Shown here piece by piece: positions 35,131 through 48,276 of a stretch of DNA of 64,000 nt. The position numbers and the translations under genes were made by a program. The stretch spans positions 16,616,001 through 16,680,000 of the forward strand of contig OZ024762.1 in assembly GCA_964016885.1 (NCBI GenBank), in the 5' to 3' direction. Under the pieces are notes generated by a model. That model did not search any database and had not been told where the DNA came from. It saw only the letters and a program-made list of their open reading frames with translations. Numbering within the stretch: position 1 is the first letter of the stretch; every line of letters starts with the position of its first letter. Source of the DNA: Eledone cirrhosa. Lineage: Eukaryota.

Positions 35131-37581
35131 GGCTCCCATTTGCTCAAAATAGTGAGAGATGGAGGCAGTGATAGTGGGAGTTTGGTCCCATTGTGTTCGG
35201 ATCTGATGCATATATTTATTTACTACACCACATTATATTCACAGTTATATAAAAATAATTGTTTCTACTTTAGGCACAAGGCCAGCAATTACCCAGTACA
35301 TTACTGGCACTTTATTTTATCGGCCCCGTAAGGATGAAAGGCAAAGTTGACCTCAGCGGTTGTATAAAAATAATAATTGTTTCTACTTTAGGCACAAGGC
35401 CAGCAATTACCCAGTACATTACTGATACTTTATTTTATCGGCCCCGTAAGGATGAAAGGCACAAAGTTGACCTCAGCGGTTGTATAAAAATAATAATTGT
35501 TTCTACGTATGGCACAAGGCCAGCAATTACCCAGTGCATTACTGGTACTTTATTTTATCGACCCTGTAAGGATGAAAGGCAAAGTTAACCTCGGCGGGAT
35601 TTGAACTCAGAATGGCAAGGGCCGTAACTATGCGTCAAAGCATGGCGTCCGCCCCTCTACCGATACTGCCAATCCACCGTATTAAAATAATAATAATGGG
35701 AAAGTTATATCAGGAAATCCCTTCAAATTCTTAACGAATTATCACGCCATATATCACTAGGGAAACCCCCATGACTCAATCAAGAGATGAAGGTCCATGA
35801 AATAGCATATTTCATGCGGACAAACAAGATTTAAAAAACTGATCCGAGAGGATCTGAAGTCCAATAATCCATCTATAAAGAGGTTATCAAAGCCATGAGG
35901 AGTCACAAATTATTACTAGAAAACCCCTACGACTCAATCAGAGCTAAGGGTCCCTGGAACTGCATATTTTTGAGTACAGAAGGGATAAAAGCTGGCGCTG
36001 AAAGAATCTGATGGTTCTATAAGAAGGCTATCAAAGCCATGAACAGTGACAAATTATCACAATGGAAGCCCCTACAACTCAATCAGGAGTTAAGGGTCCA
36101 TGGACTGGTATATTTTATAAATACAGAAAGGGATAAAATCTGACCCCGAAAGGATCTGAAGTCCAATGTTCTATAATATTTGATGTGGGTCTGTACAACT
36201 AGACTCCAGAAACAGTTGCTAACACAACTGGATTAAACGTTTCTGCCAATTGCGCTATTATATATAGTGTGTGTGTGGACATGTTTAGACTTGCTACGAC
36301 TGCAATCATTCTATTATGGCAGTATCGGTAGAGCTTCGGACACCCTGCTTCACAGCAGAGAGTTACGGCCCTTTACACCGAGTTCAAATCCTGCCGAGGT
36401 TAGCTTTGTCTTTCATCCTTACAGGTTCGATAAAATAAAGTACCAGTAATGCATTGGCATCGATTTAATAGACTTTCCATTCTCCCCAAATTGCAGGCCT
36501 TGTGCTTTTAATAGAAATTATTTATATACATTATTTGATATGTATAAATTGCTAATTCTGTTTTTATATTTTCTATATTGGTGAGTCGATAATCCAGTTT
36601 ATTATGTTAGGATTTAGAGACAAATGGAATATAGGCATATCTGGCCAGAATTCCCTCACCTTTTCCTGTTCAAACCAACTGTAACTGGCTACCCATACTG
36701 ACGTTAAGGTATTGTTCTCAAAATAAATAATATCAAAATTTCATAGATTCGATATTATGTGAGATAAAGCCTTTACCATGAAAATATAATAGTATATATA
36801 GAGTAATGTAAATGGTAAAGGGTTAAGACATGCAGGGGTGTACTTATTCTAAACTAAACACAACACAGTTATAGGTTTCTCACATGTTTTAATGATAGGG
36901 ACCCCCTTGTCCTATCATGAAAAAAATGTCCCCCATCAGTGTTCTAGTTCTCCCTTTTATTTTAATATGTTTACCTTCACAAAACAATTCCTTACTTGAT
37001 GAATTTTTACATTTATTGCCTTAGTTAATCAAAACTTGTATTTAAAACCTTTTCGTATCAAACTGTCGGAAACTACACCTGGTTATATAACAAAATTGCT
37101 TTAAAATGTTTATATTTATCTAAAAACCTTCCATTGTAATTTTATGCAAGAACCTTTGCTAAATCATGTTCCAAACACGAGGTCAATAATTAGTTAGGTT
37201 ATATTACTGAAATCTCTCCAGATTCTTCATTTCAAAACCACAGCCAGATTTTATTACGAAGTATCTGTTTTTATATGAACACTTACGTAACGAAAGGATT
37301 ACCAGTAAAAATGAGAAAAATTGGACGCAAAAGAAAATGCGAAATAGATTTTATACACACACACACACATACAACATTGAAAATCAGACTAAATACTGCT
37401 AATTATATCATATTTTAATTAAACGCACTGTAAAAATTTCTTCACATACCTTGATGATCTGTCTTCGTATTTGAAAACGACTTATTCTAAATATATATAT
37501 ATATATATACACACGTATTTGAAAACGACTTATTCTAAATATATATATATATATACACACGTATTTAAAAACGACTTATTC

Positions 37582-37624
<43 letters not shown>

Positions 37625-37645
37625 GTATTTGAAAACGACTTATTC

Positions 37646-37710
<65 letters not shown>

Positions 37711-38345
37711 GGCAGAAATACGGATGTAAACAATATAAGTGACGTAAAAGATGTGTTATGTAAGAATATATTTTTACAAGGATTGGTTAGGAGAGACGAG
37801 CGCGGTGTGTGTGGTCAAAGGAAAAAGTGTTAAATTGAAAGTACTGCCCATAAATTCTCTACACTGACCCCTCCACTACAGAAGGGGGTGGCTGGGGGTA
37901 CATTGAGTGAATGAGGAAGAGAGAAAGAACGAGATCAGTAGTCGAATTATTCACTAAGAAGGCACGTGGTTTAGTTGTTTTAAATATATATATGTGTGTG
38001 TGTGTGTGTCTAAGTCTAAAAATTCCTCTTACATATTGAAAAATTATGACAGAGACGGAAGTGAATCAAGGAGTGTTTTCTCTCTCTCACCACAATAATA
38101 GTGGGAAGAAATTACAACGAAATTCACGAGGTATAAAAAAATTCGTTGTCACGAAAAATTCTTTATAACGAGATCGACCTAATACATCGAACGTATGGAT
38201 GGGGATTGAAAAAATATCGTTATAACGGAATTTTACCTGTATCTAGTTCTACAAAATCTCAGCCAGTATGTTTTTAAAATCAAACCCCAAAAATGATTTT
38301 TTAAAGTTTAACGTTACCTCTATTTACAAAGCTATATGTAATATA

Positions 38346-38448
38346 CAGGGTGTCCCCCAAAAAGGTATACACACAGTTCAACAGCAGTCTAATAAAAAAT
38401 TGCCTGTACTGGTAATCAAAGTGTGTATACATTTTTGGGGACACACTG
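38346..38448. mobile_element. Tc1/mariner-type MITE. Copies at about 41444-41517, 43780-43854, 50052-50140, 53480-53573, 54523-54626
   Basis: TA-flanked TIR CAGGGTGTCCC(C)CAAAA. Confidence 0.65.
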
Positions 38449-40676
38449 TATGTATAGAGAGAAAAATAAATTTTGTCATCTCGATAAAAAGATGGCTAAA
38501 AAGCCTGATGTAGATGGTCGCTCTCTCGTTCATATATATATATAAGTGTGTGTGTAACGAGAGTATACGAGTATATATGAATTTCAGAAATATTAGAATG
38601 TAATAAATTAAAACAGGCGGCCTCGATCCCCGTACTGCCGAGCTCCTCCACAAGATCGGAACTTCAGCAGTTCGTCAGAGGAAGGAGCTCCTCCGCGCCC
38701 TAGGCTCAGAGCCCATCACCCTCCGTTTCTCCTGTGACCCTAAAGTCATTGCTTTCCTCACATTTTCCTCTCATGGCCTTTTAAATTCATTTTCCTCTAC
38801 TTTCCCCATACAACCAGATCTGCCCTTCTTTACCCTTTTCCCATTCCTTAATTTATATTAAGTTGATTTTTATCAATATGTTCTTGAGATAAGAATAAAA
38901 TTTTAATAATAATTTATATTGGTATTTATTTTTTTAATTAGGATCTCGAAGTGTCAAGAGCATAACATCCATCTTATTCTGATGTTTGTAAACCGAATCG
39001 GAATTTTCAAATTATATATAATACAGAGCTGACACCATTCCTGGCGTTTCCAGACTTCAACAACTGTTATTTCACAATCAATTTAGGGATCTTTAACAAC
39101 TCTTGGAGACGACCAGGAGTAAAAAAAACAACTAAAAATAAGGAACATTCTTAAAAACCAAAGAAGAATTAATAGGAAAATTGTAAAAAACTAAAATAAA
39201 AAAAAAACTGCTGAGAATGAGACAGAAAAGAACCCCAAACCTAAAATCTTCAGCCACAGAATCGTATGACACCAACCGCTCCACTACTATCACACATCAC
39301 TGTTCATTTGAAAGTATTCAAGGTGCGTGGTTTGGTGGTGAGAGAATTGGATTATTCGGTACCTAACGATTGCGAGTTCGATTCTCGGACCGGGCGATGC
39401 GTTATGTCCTTGAACAAGACAATTAATTTCACTTTGTTCTTTCTGCCAAGAGTTGCAACCGGGAGATAGTATCAGCAATTGTTAAGATCAACGGAAACAT
39501 TGTTTCCTCGGTCCGATTTGACGAGCTCCACCCCACATGGTAAGCGAAAGAGCTCTAGGATCATGTCGCCCCCCCCCCCCCCCCATATCATGATTATATT
39601 AAAACATTCCGTCATAAATTTATATAATTTTTTACAACAGTAATTATTGTTCCAGGCACCAGATTAATGATAAAGGTCAGTTTACTTCACTAAAATTGCT
39701 CCAAATTTTATAATAACAATATTTTTTGTCGACTTAGATCAAACCATTGTTGGTTAACAAAGTTGACATTTATATACATATTTATTATTATTACTAATAT
39801 AAATAATAAAATTATTATGACGGAGGATTGGTAGAGCATCGGACATTTTACAGCACGTAGTTACGTCCCTTTACGTTCTGATTTCAAATCCCGCCGAAGT
39901 TAGCTTTGCCTTTCATCCTTTCGGGGGGGGGGGGGATATGTTCGATAAAAATAAGGTACCAGTAATGCACTGGGATGGGTTTAATCGACCCCACACCCCA
40001 CTCCGCTCCCCCCAAAATTGTTGACTTTGTGTCTAAAGTAGAAACAATTATTATCAGAATTAGTAGATAGTAAGGACATGTGGTTAGAATGTCCCAGGAA
40101 CGAATCGCTGGACAGAATTTTACGGGCAAAACCAACCTCCCGAGTAAGATGGTCGGATAACATCCGTGAGCTTGGCTGGTCTCGTTTGGAGGATCCAGCC
40201 GGATCAGTTGGAGATGGTTGCTTCTGGAAGGACGGATCCATTGGAAGGAGTGTTTGAGGACTCTGACCCCACGACCCTCTTAGGAATAAGTGGGCAAAGA
40301 AGAAGACTAGTATATCGTATGAAATGATTAGCAATGGAGGCCGTTCTGTCTTGAACACAACTGAAAGGTTCTATATATATAGTAATATATATATATATTG
40401 GAGCTTTAAGAAAACGAGTTTTTTTACGACGGTTTTTCGTAAAAAACAAATTTCACCTTCAAAATTCCAACCAAACCTATCAAATTTACCAACAAATATT
40501 TCGAAGAACTATGTTCCTTAAATAATCATAGCTTTAGAATTGCACTCATCTTTAAACACAGATGAAGCGATCCTATGTAAGATTGAAAGCTATATGGGCG
40601 ATCCCCTAAAGTGGGTTCTAAAAACCCCAGGGCTTCACGAAATAAGGTGACTTTCAATAAATAAATAAAAATAATA

Positions 40677-40712
<36 letters not shown>

Positions 40713-43700
40713 GTATTACTAATATTTTAATATAGTGATAATTATAATTGAGTACTGATCGTGAGTTATATAACAAAATAACTCTATACGTGACTCAATA
40801 CAGGTAGAAATGCCTTAATTCTTTGGTTTATTTAAACTATTAATGTGTGTGTGTGTTTATATATATATATAATATATTTATCACGGGTTCAATCGGGGTA
40901 ACCACAGTAAGTAAGGTACTCAATACATAGCAGAGTATGGGATTTCCCGATCCCGAATGAAACACATATTCTCTAAAAAAAAAAACTTCTTTTTTTCCGT
41001 TTATTAAAATGAAGTTGGGGTGAGATTGCTCGCAAAAAAAAAAAAAAAAAAAACTAATAAGATGTATTTTTAAGTTTCGCGATTTTTAAAGGGTTGTGAT
41101 CGTCGTATAGGGCGAATTTTCCATGTCTGAGAAACCACTAACTGTTCCTAAATGAGAACAAATAGTTTAAACTAGAGCAAGGGTTTAAGGATTAATACTT
41201 CCTGAAACAAGGTGCGTGTATGTGTGTATGTGTGATGTCGGAGGGGGTGAGGGAGAGAAGAATATAGGTCAGTGCTCCAACAATAAAAAATTTCCACCAG
41301 AACGATAAATCACGAATGATTAATTCTCGCAGTAAATGTTAAAAGGTTTATATTATTTTAATATACTAGTAGAACTACATTTTAAATCAATAATCTACTT
41401 ATATATATACTTGTAAATTCAGAAATCATATATATTCAATATGCAGGGTGTCCCCCAAAAATGTATACACACTTCAACAGCATTCTAATCAAAGTGTGTA
41501 TACATTAAGGGGACACTATATATTTATATAGTGTCCCCAAAAATGCATGATTAGAATGCTGATGGAGTGTGTGTATATATATAGAGGTTATATTTAATTT
41601 GTTGGGATTCAACAAGCTTAAACATTTTTATAACTGATATAAAGCACTCAACAGTTTAGTGATAAAATAAAATAAATATGATTTTATAAATATAGTTTCT
41701 ATTAATGAATATATATATATACATATATAACGAAGGAAATGTGATAAGGAACCAGATGGACCATAACGCACCAAAGTACTCAATACTTAGGGTAGTAGAG
41801 TGGGTAATAGGAACGAGTAGGACCCCGACGGCTGAACTCAAGCCGTTTCGACTACGGCTTGAGCTCAGCCGTCGGTGTCTTACTTGTTCCTATATACATA
41901 TATAAAGACGCGTGGCTGAGTGGTTAGAGAATTGAATTCGTAATCGTGAGTTCGATTCCTGGACCGGGCGATGTGTTATGTCCTTCAGCAAGACACTTTA
42001 TTTCACGTTGTTCCTTCTACCTGGACCAATAGAGAGTAGTAGCAATAGGAAAGAGCAACGGAAACATTGTTTCTTCGGTCCGATTTTACAAAATGGTTTT
42101 CCGAAGTTAAGGTACTTCACATTAGTAGAGAAGATACATATATATATATTTCATATAGAAATCGCCTTTGCTGGTGATTTCAAACAAATGAAACAATCCT
42201 AGTTCTGTAGAAGTAATTTCTAATATATCACTGATTAGTGAAATTTCTGGCTCCACGAGACAAGAATCTCTCTAAGTCTTTGGTTAAAAAGATATGAAAC
42301 ATAGTGAAGTGTTGAAATAGTTGTTTTAGTCTGTCAGAAAAAGCAGCAACCACCATAGAGAGACTAATACACACACACTATAATATTTAAGTGACTGAAG
42401 AAGCACTAATTCCTTTGACTACTAAACACTTCTCTCTCTCCTCTTAAATAAAAAAGCACTCTAAAACTATATTAGTGCCAACTTTCCCACGTCTTTTTTA
42501 CTTTGAAGCTCAGCCACATAACATACATAGATTTCCAATTTGTTCCTTAATAAACCGGTTTTCCATTTCGTAATTAAACACATACATATACAATAGACAT
42601 GGAGATAGTATCATTAGAAGTGGCTACGTTCTTAACGTTTTAATTAATTTTAACAATCTAGAAATATATATGGAATTTAAAATATCATTACATTTTTTAA
42701 GATGAAATTAAAACCAAATCAACGAATATTACATACATTTCTGATATATTTCTTAAAACGTTTTAAATTGTAATTAGTAATTAAAACAATCACACATACA
42801 CATACATACACGGAGATTGTGTCGTTAGAAGCAATTATAGTCTTTTAATTTTTATTTGAGAATTTCAGAACAATATACAACGAAATAAAAAAAATATGTA
42901 GGTCCATCTATGGAAGATATTAGATCAAATGGTCTTTTTTACTTTGCTTTCAATGTGGGCCGCTTTCATTTTACAGATCCTTGTGAAACGTATAATTACA
43001 ATCTACATAAAATAATACTTAAATCGGAGTGTAAGAGGCAAAGGATAGAATCGAGAAAAAATAAGGATCTATAAAGGACAGAAAGAGTATTAAATATATA
43101 TATAGAGAGAGAGATAGATATAAATATATAGTGTTATATGTGGAAAGCAACCAGCAGCTAGAAGGAGGATGGAAGCCGTTAGCAGTCGCCATAGTCTTTC
43201 TCTCTCTTTCTCTTACATACCTACTACAGCTTGCTTTATCTAGGAATTAATATTTTAAAATAATCGCCGGGTTATTTTGGCTTTGTTATAATATTCCCCG
43301 GCCAGCCCTCCGACTTAAAGCCATTTATTTCTACCACTTTTATCTGGATGATAGCCACCAAATATTGTTTGATAAGAAAGGAAAAAATAAAACAGAATAA
43401 TCATCGCAATATATGCCTGGCTTGTGTGGAAATCGAGAGAAATTAATACTTTCAGGTCACAGACGGCAATCCCACTCTCGCTCTTTATATATATTTTATC
43501 TATATATATATCTTCATCTATCGGCTTTTTACCCATCTCAAACATATCAATCGTTATATCTACCTCCACCCCTTTTCGTTATAGTTCTACATCCACCACC
43601 AACACCTTCTTCGTTATACCTATGTCAATTTCTATATATTTATCATTATCTGAGTTCAAATCCCGCTGAGGTTAACTTTGCCTTTCATCCTTACGGGGTC

Positions 43701-44479
43701 GATAAAATAAAGTACCAGTAATGCACTGGGTTTTTGCTGGCCTTGTACCTAACGTAGAAACAATTATATATTTTATATACAGGGTGTCCCTCCCAAAAAT
43801 ATATACACTTATTAGAATACTGTTGAAGTGTGTATACATTTTTGGGGGACACTGTACACATATATATATATGTTCCCCTCCTATACAAAGATCTTTATAA
43901 ATCTATCCCTCTCTCTCTCACAAGACACACGTGACTTCAGTGACCAAACTTTCCTCTCCAGTTCCATTTCAATTTTATTCTCACCACCATTAATAAACCG
44001 AACCAAATATTGCAATAGATGTACATATAAATCTTTCAATATCTTCCTAAAATTATTATATATATATATATATTAAACATGCATATTTGCTTCAGATAAT
44101 ATCTCAAAATTGTGAGGGAGGGGTTATATACGGCGAAACCGAGGTACGATGATAATGAAGGGAACAGATTTTAAATATTTAAACAGATTAAGATTCTGCT
44201 GTGTAATATACTTAAAATAAAATAAAAATGCCTACTTAATACTCCATCAAATATAAAAAAAAAAATACATGTAAAAAGATTGCGACTACAAAGTAGATTA
44301 TCTCATGTGAAAGCCGGAATATATATATATATAGAGAGATGTATTTTATATATATATATATTTCAATGGCCTGGTTACGTAAGATCCTGGCGACATCATC
44401 AGGTGTAGATCGCATTAGTTAATCAATAAATGAATATATATACTTACACACAAATATACATATATATATATACGCATTC

Positions 44480-44510
<31 letters not shown>

Positions 44511-44903
44511 CACATATATCTTAAGTATTGTTATTTGGTACCCGGTATGATAGAGATGATCCTCTTCTGAGTATCGATCAGCACTTGGTATCGATTACTC
44601 CTATATATATATATTATTAAATTCAAGTGAGAAAAAAAATATTTATTGGAGTTCAAACCAGATAGACAAATTAACTAGATAAACCTTTAATTAATATATA
44701 TACATACATATTATATATACATGACTTCTACAGGACGAGAACTGTTTCATTCGGAGGAAATGATCAGGAAAGGCTTTCTTGATGATTTCCTTCGAATGAA
44801 ACAGTTCTAGTCCTGTAGAAGACATTTCTATATTAAATATTGTATATACTCTACTAATGTATTGAGTACCTTACTGTGGTTACCCCCGATTGAACCCGGG
44901 ACT

Positions 44904-44935
<32 letters not shown>

Positions 44936-44978
44936 CACACACATACATATATATATACACACACATATATATACACAT

Positions 44979-45224
44979 ATATTGTTATATTTGGGGAGGG
45001 TCATATTTGCGTAATATTGCCAGAATTAATAACAGAACACACTCACTGTTTGGTTGGTTTTCGCTTCTCGCTGTCTTTTATATATATATATCTGCGATCT
45101 AACTTACTCATATATATATATATAAAAGACAGCGAGAAGCGAAAACCAACCAAACAGTGAGTGTGTTCTGTTATTAATTCTGGCAATATTACGCAAATAT
45201 GACCCTCCCCAAATATAACAATAT
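44979..45224. repeat. Essentially perfect inverted repeat, arms about 112 bp
   Basis: 44979-45091 is the reverse complement of 45110-45224. Confidence 0.95.
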
Positions 45225-45299
45225 CTGTTTCGACACACGATTTCATATAAAAAACCTCGCAAAACTAATTCATCGCCGCTATATACACATATATATATG

Positions 45300-45333
<34 letters not shown>

Positions 45334-45630
45334 GATATATATATAATATAATATAAAGATCGTGAATGATGATGGCGGCTAAAGTAAAATCTGAAAGAGT
45401 CTCAACTAGTGTCTTTCCTCATTTTTTAAAAATTAAAACATACCACCATCATCAGCTGAAATATTTTAAGGACATTATTAGCAACGAACGATCGGGGGAG
45501 AGAAATGAAACACATATTTCTTCATTTTCAAAGCAATCACAATTAACGATGTTTTAAAAAGACACAGAAACACACAGATCTATATATACATATATATTTT
45601 AAAAGATAATATAATTATAGGGGGGCTTAC

Positions 45631-45731
45631 CTTTAATTAAAAAAAAAAAAAGAATAATCAGTGCCCGTTATTAAATAATAATAATAATTAGTGTGGGGGT
45701 TTTTAAGCTGGCAAATCCATTATATCACTGC
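45631..45731 (-). other. EIF4G2: Probable non-coding first exon of eIF4G2 with short uORF (45720-45703)
   Basis: Strong donor AAG|GTAAG at 45631/45630, adjacent to the SBS-like motifs; the 5' end is approximate. Confidence 0.55.
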
Positions 45732-45732
45732 A

Positions 45733-45750
45733 GCAGAGCATCACGGGAGA
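45733..45750 (-). promoter_or_regulatory. Staf/ZNF143 binding site-like 18-mer, copy 1
   Basis: TCTCCCGTGATGCTCTGC, close to the SBS consensus YYWCCCRNMATSCMYYRC. Confidence 0.6.
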
Positions 45751-45953
45751 AGGAAAAAAGCTACGAAACGTCTTTCGACAAACATTATTTGCTATTCGTT
45801 ATTGTTTAACTAAAAATTATTTTTTTAAAATAATTTTCTCATATAATATTATGGAATCTATTTTAGTTTTTATTTAAATAAATTTTTCAAAAATATTAAC
45901 GATCTAAGAATCTCATGCTTTTTCTTATTTTTTCCAACTCTGAAATGATTCGT

Positions 45954-45971
45954 GCAAAGCATCACGGGAGA
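45954..45971 (-). promoter_or_regulatory. Staf/ZNF143 binding site-like 18-mer, copy 2
   Basis: TCTCCCGTGATGCTTTGC, 17/18 identical to copy 1. Confidence 0.6.
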
Positions 45972-46544
45972 CATGCCAACCGCTGTTTCCCCATCCAATT
46001 AAAAAAAATGTAATTTTAGTTTAAATTCTTCCATATTATCTTTTATTATTCAGTTTTTAAGGAAATAATATGAATTAATTACGCTACATTTCTCAAAATA
46101 CATAAATATAGATTTATCTTTTTGTTATTTTAAAAAAGAAATTAACAACGCCATGAAATTAACGAAGACAGTGAGAAGACTGGTATAAACTATTTCCAAA
46201 TAACTGTAGAAGAATATAAGAACCATCGAGAAGAATTTAGATAAATAATGAAAAGGTTTCGGAATAATGATAAAAATATATATTGATGGTGTAAATAATT
46301 ATTGTAAAAATATATTTTTAAAAATTCTGGTAAGTTGTCAGAAAAGGGAGGCAACTTTGCTGAGGAAGAGCAGTAAATAGTGAGAAAGACATGAATGAGA
46401 ACAGAGATATAAAGCTAAAGATGAAAAAAACATTTGTTATAAAAATAAAAATAACCGTATAAGATGAGTAAAAAGCCGGTTTCATTAGCGAAAATATTAA
46501 CTTACAAGCTTGGCTCATCAAAAGAGACAACAGGGAGATATTTG

Positions 46545-46716
46545 ATTGTGTAGTCCGGGCGTAAATATATCTCGGAAGGAGAGCCAGGCCCCCCGACTTG
46601 CCAGTAAAAATGGCTGGGCAGCTTCACTTAAGATGGCGGCCACGGGAAAGAGTCGGGGAAGGCGGCGATGGTGTACAGTAGGCGTACGACAAGGCAACTC
46701 CTACTTCTCTTTCAGG
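46545..46716 (+). promoter_or_regulatory. CpG-rich putative TSS/first exon of ZNF143 with YY1 motifs
   Basis: GC/CpG-rich patch in AT-rich DNA; AAGATGGCGGC at about 46630 and AAAATGGCTG at about 46607. Confidence 0.5.
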
Positions 46717-47683
46717 TTAAACGCATCCAAATTTTAGCATTCATTTTTTTAAATTAACTCACAAATAAATCCCTCATGAATAATAATTTAATATTAAAAA
46801 AACAGCAAACAAACAGATTTTTAAAAACAAATGATATCGCTAAAATATTTCATTCATACCAGAATTTATTTTACTTTCGGTCATTTTTTGCAAAAGATAT
46901 TTAGGAAAATATATTACAATATAATAATAATTTCTTCAGGAATACGCATTTCTAATAATATGTGTGTATATATGTATGTATGTTTGTGTGTACTTCACGT
47001 ATTGAAATGTGCGTAGTAATGAAAGAATGATAATTTCATATCCTTAACTTGTTCATAATTTTTAATATATATATATATGTCTGTGTGTCATTATCGTCAA
47101 CATTGATTTTCCATGGTTTTGATAGTTTATCACGTGCCGGGGCTAGATCAGTCAGGTGACCACATCCAGTTCATTATAAGCTTCATTATTGTCTGGTTTC
47201 TATAGCCGAATGCCCTTTCTAACGCCAACCACTTTATAGTGTGAAGCATTTATCATGAACCCAGTACCACTACCTTACATGATGAACTAGGTGCTTTTCG
47301 TTGGGGGACCAACACCAAGACCATACAGAGCTTACAGAGTGGACTGGGTGTTTTTCATTGTGGCACTGGCACTATAACTTTACAGGGTGAGCTGGGTACA
47401 TTTTATCCTGGCACCAGCACTACCTTATTACAATGCTAGGGTGTTTAGTATATCAGTGTCCTTGGTCTGACTGGAGAGGCCTTGATAGAGGTTTGGTGGG
47501 GTGTACAGACATACGACTGTGTGGGAGGAAATGAAGGGTGGCTGGTGTGACATATTGTGGAGTGTCCCATATTTGAGTGCTTTAATTGCTCTGGAGATCT
47601 CAGCCTTGGAGAGATTAGTTTTCACCTCTAGATGCACCTCATATACACCAGATGATATTGTGATCATATATATATATATATAT

Positions 47684-47870
47684 CCCGGGTTCAATCGGGG
47701 GTAACCACAGTAAGTAAGGTACTCAATACAAAGCAGAGTATATATATTTAATATAGAAAGGCTTCTATAAGACTAGAACTGTTTCATTCGGGAGAAATCA
47801 TCAGGGCTTCCTGATGATTTCTCCCGAATGAAACAGTTCTAGTCCTGTAGAAGCCTTTCTGTATTAAATA
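47684..47870. repeat. Dispersed palindromic repeat with CTGATGA...GAAAC core. Copies at about 44725-44900, 52777-52960, 53607-53790; 5' part at 40884-40938
   Basis: ttctacaggactagaactgtttcattc...gaatgaaacagttctagtcctgtagaa fold-back. Confidence 0.85.
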
Positions 47871-47879
47871 TATATATAT

Positions 47880-48276
47880 ATGGAGAGAAATGAGGCAAGC
47901 ATGCTCCGTTGGATGTGCAGTGTGAATGTGCGTGAACGACCCAGCATGAATGTGTTGAGAGAGAAACTGTGTCTGAGAGGGATAGAATGTAGTGTACGGG
48001 AGAGGAGACTGAGGTGGTATGGACATGTGATGCGCATGAGGATGACCGATGGGTGAAGAAGTGCCAGGAAATGCCAGTTGAAGGAAGACGTGGTAAAGGT
48101 AGACCACGAAAAACATGGGCGGAGGTGGTGAGAACAGACCTCAGATCGTTGAAGCTCACGGTGGAGATGACGAAGGACTGTGACAAGTGGAGAGATGCTG
48201 TGCTAAATAAGACCCGTCCCACCCTTGCAAGCAGGGAAGAGTGGACGTAAAATGATGATGATGATGATGATGATGA
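47880..48276 (+). mobile_element. RTE-clade LINE 3' fragment. Related pieces at about 14555-14780, 53905-54150, 55930-56115, 26260-26480, 40075-40305
   Basis: RLRWYGHVMR...GRRGKGRPRKTW C-terminal motif followed by a (GAT)n tail. Confidence 0.8.

Noticed and set aside
46546-46737. 63-aa ORF in the promoter region as an independent gene
   Set aside because: Its ATG lies within a YY1 motif, it has no recognisable homology, and it is more likely leader or uORF sequence
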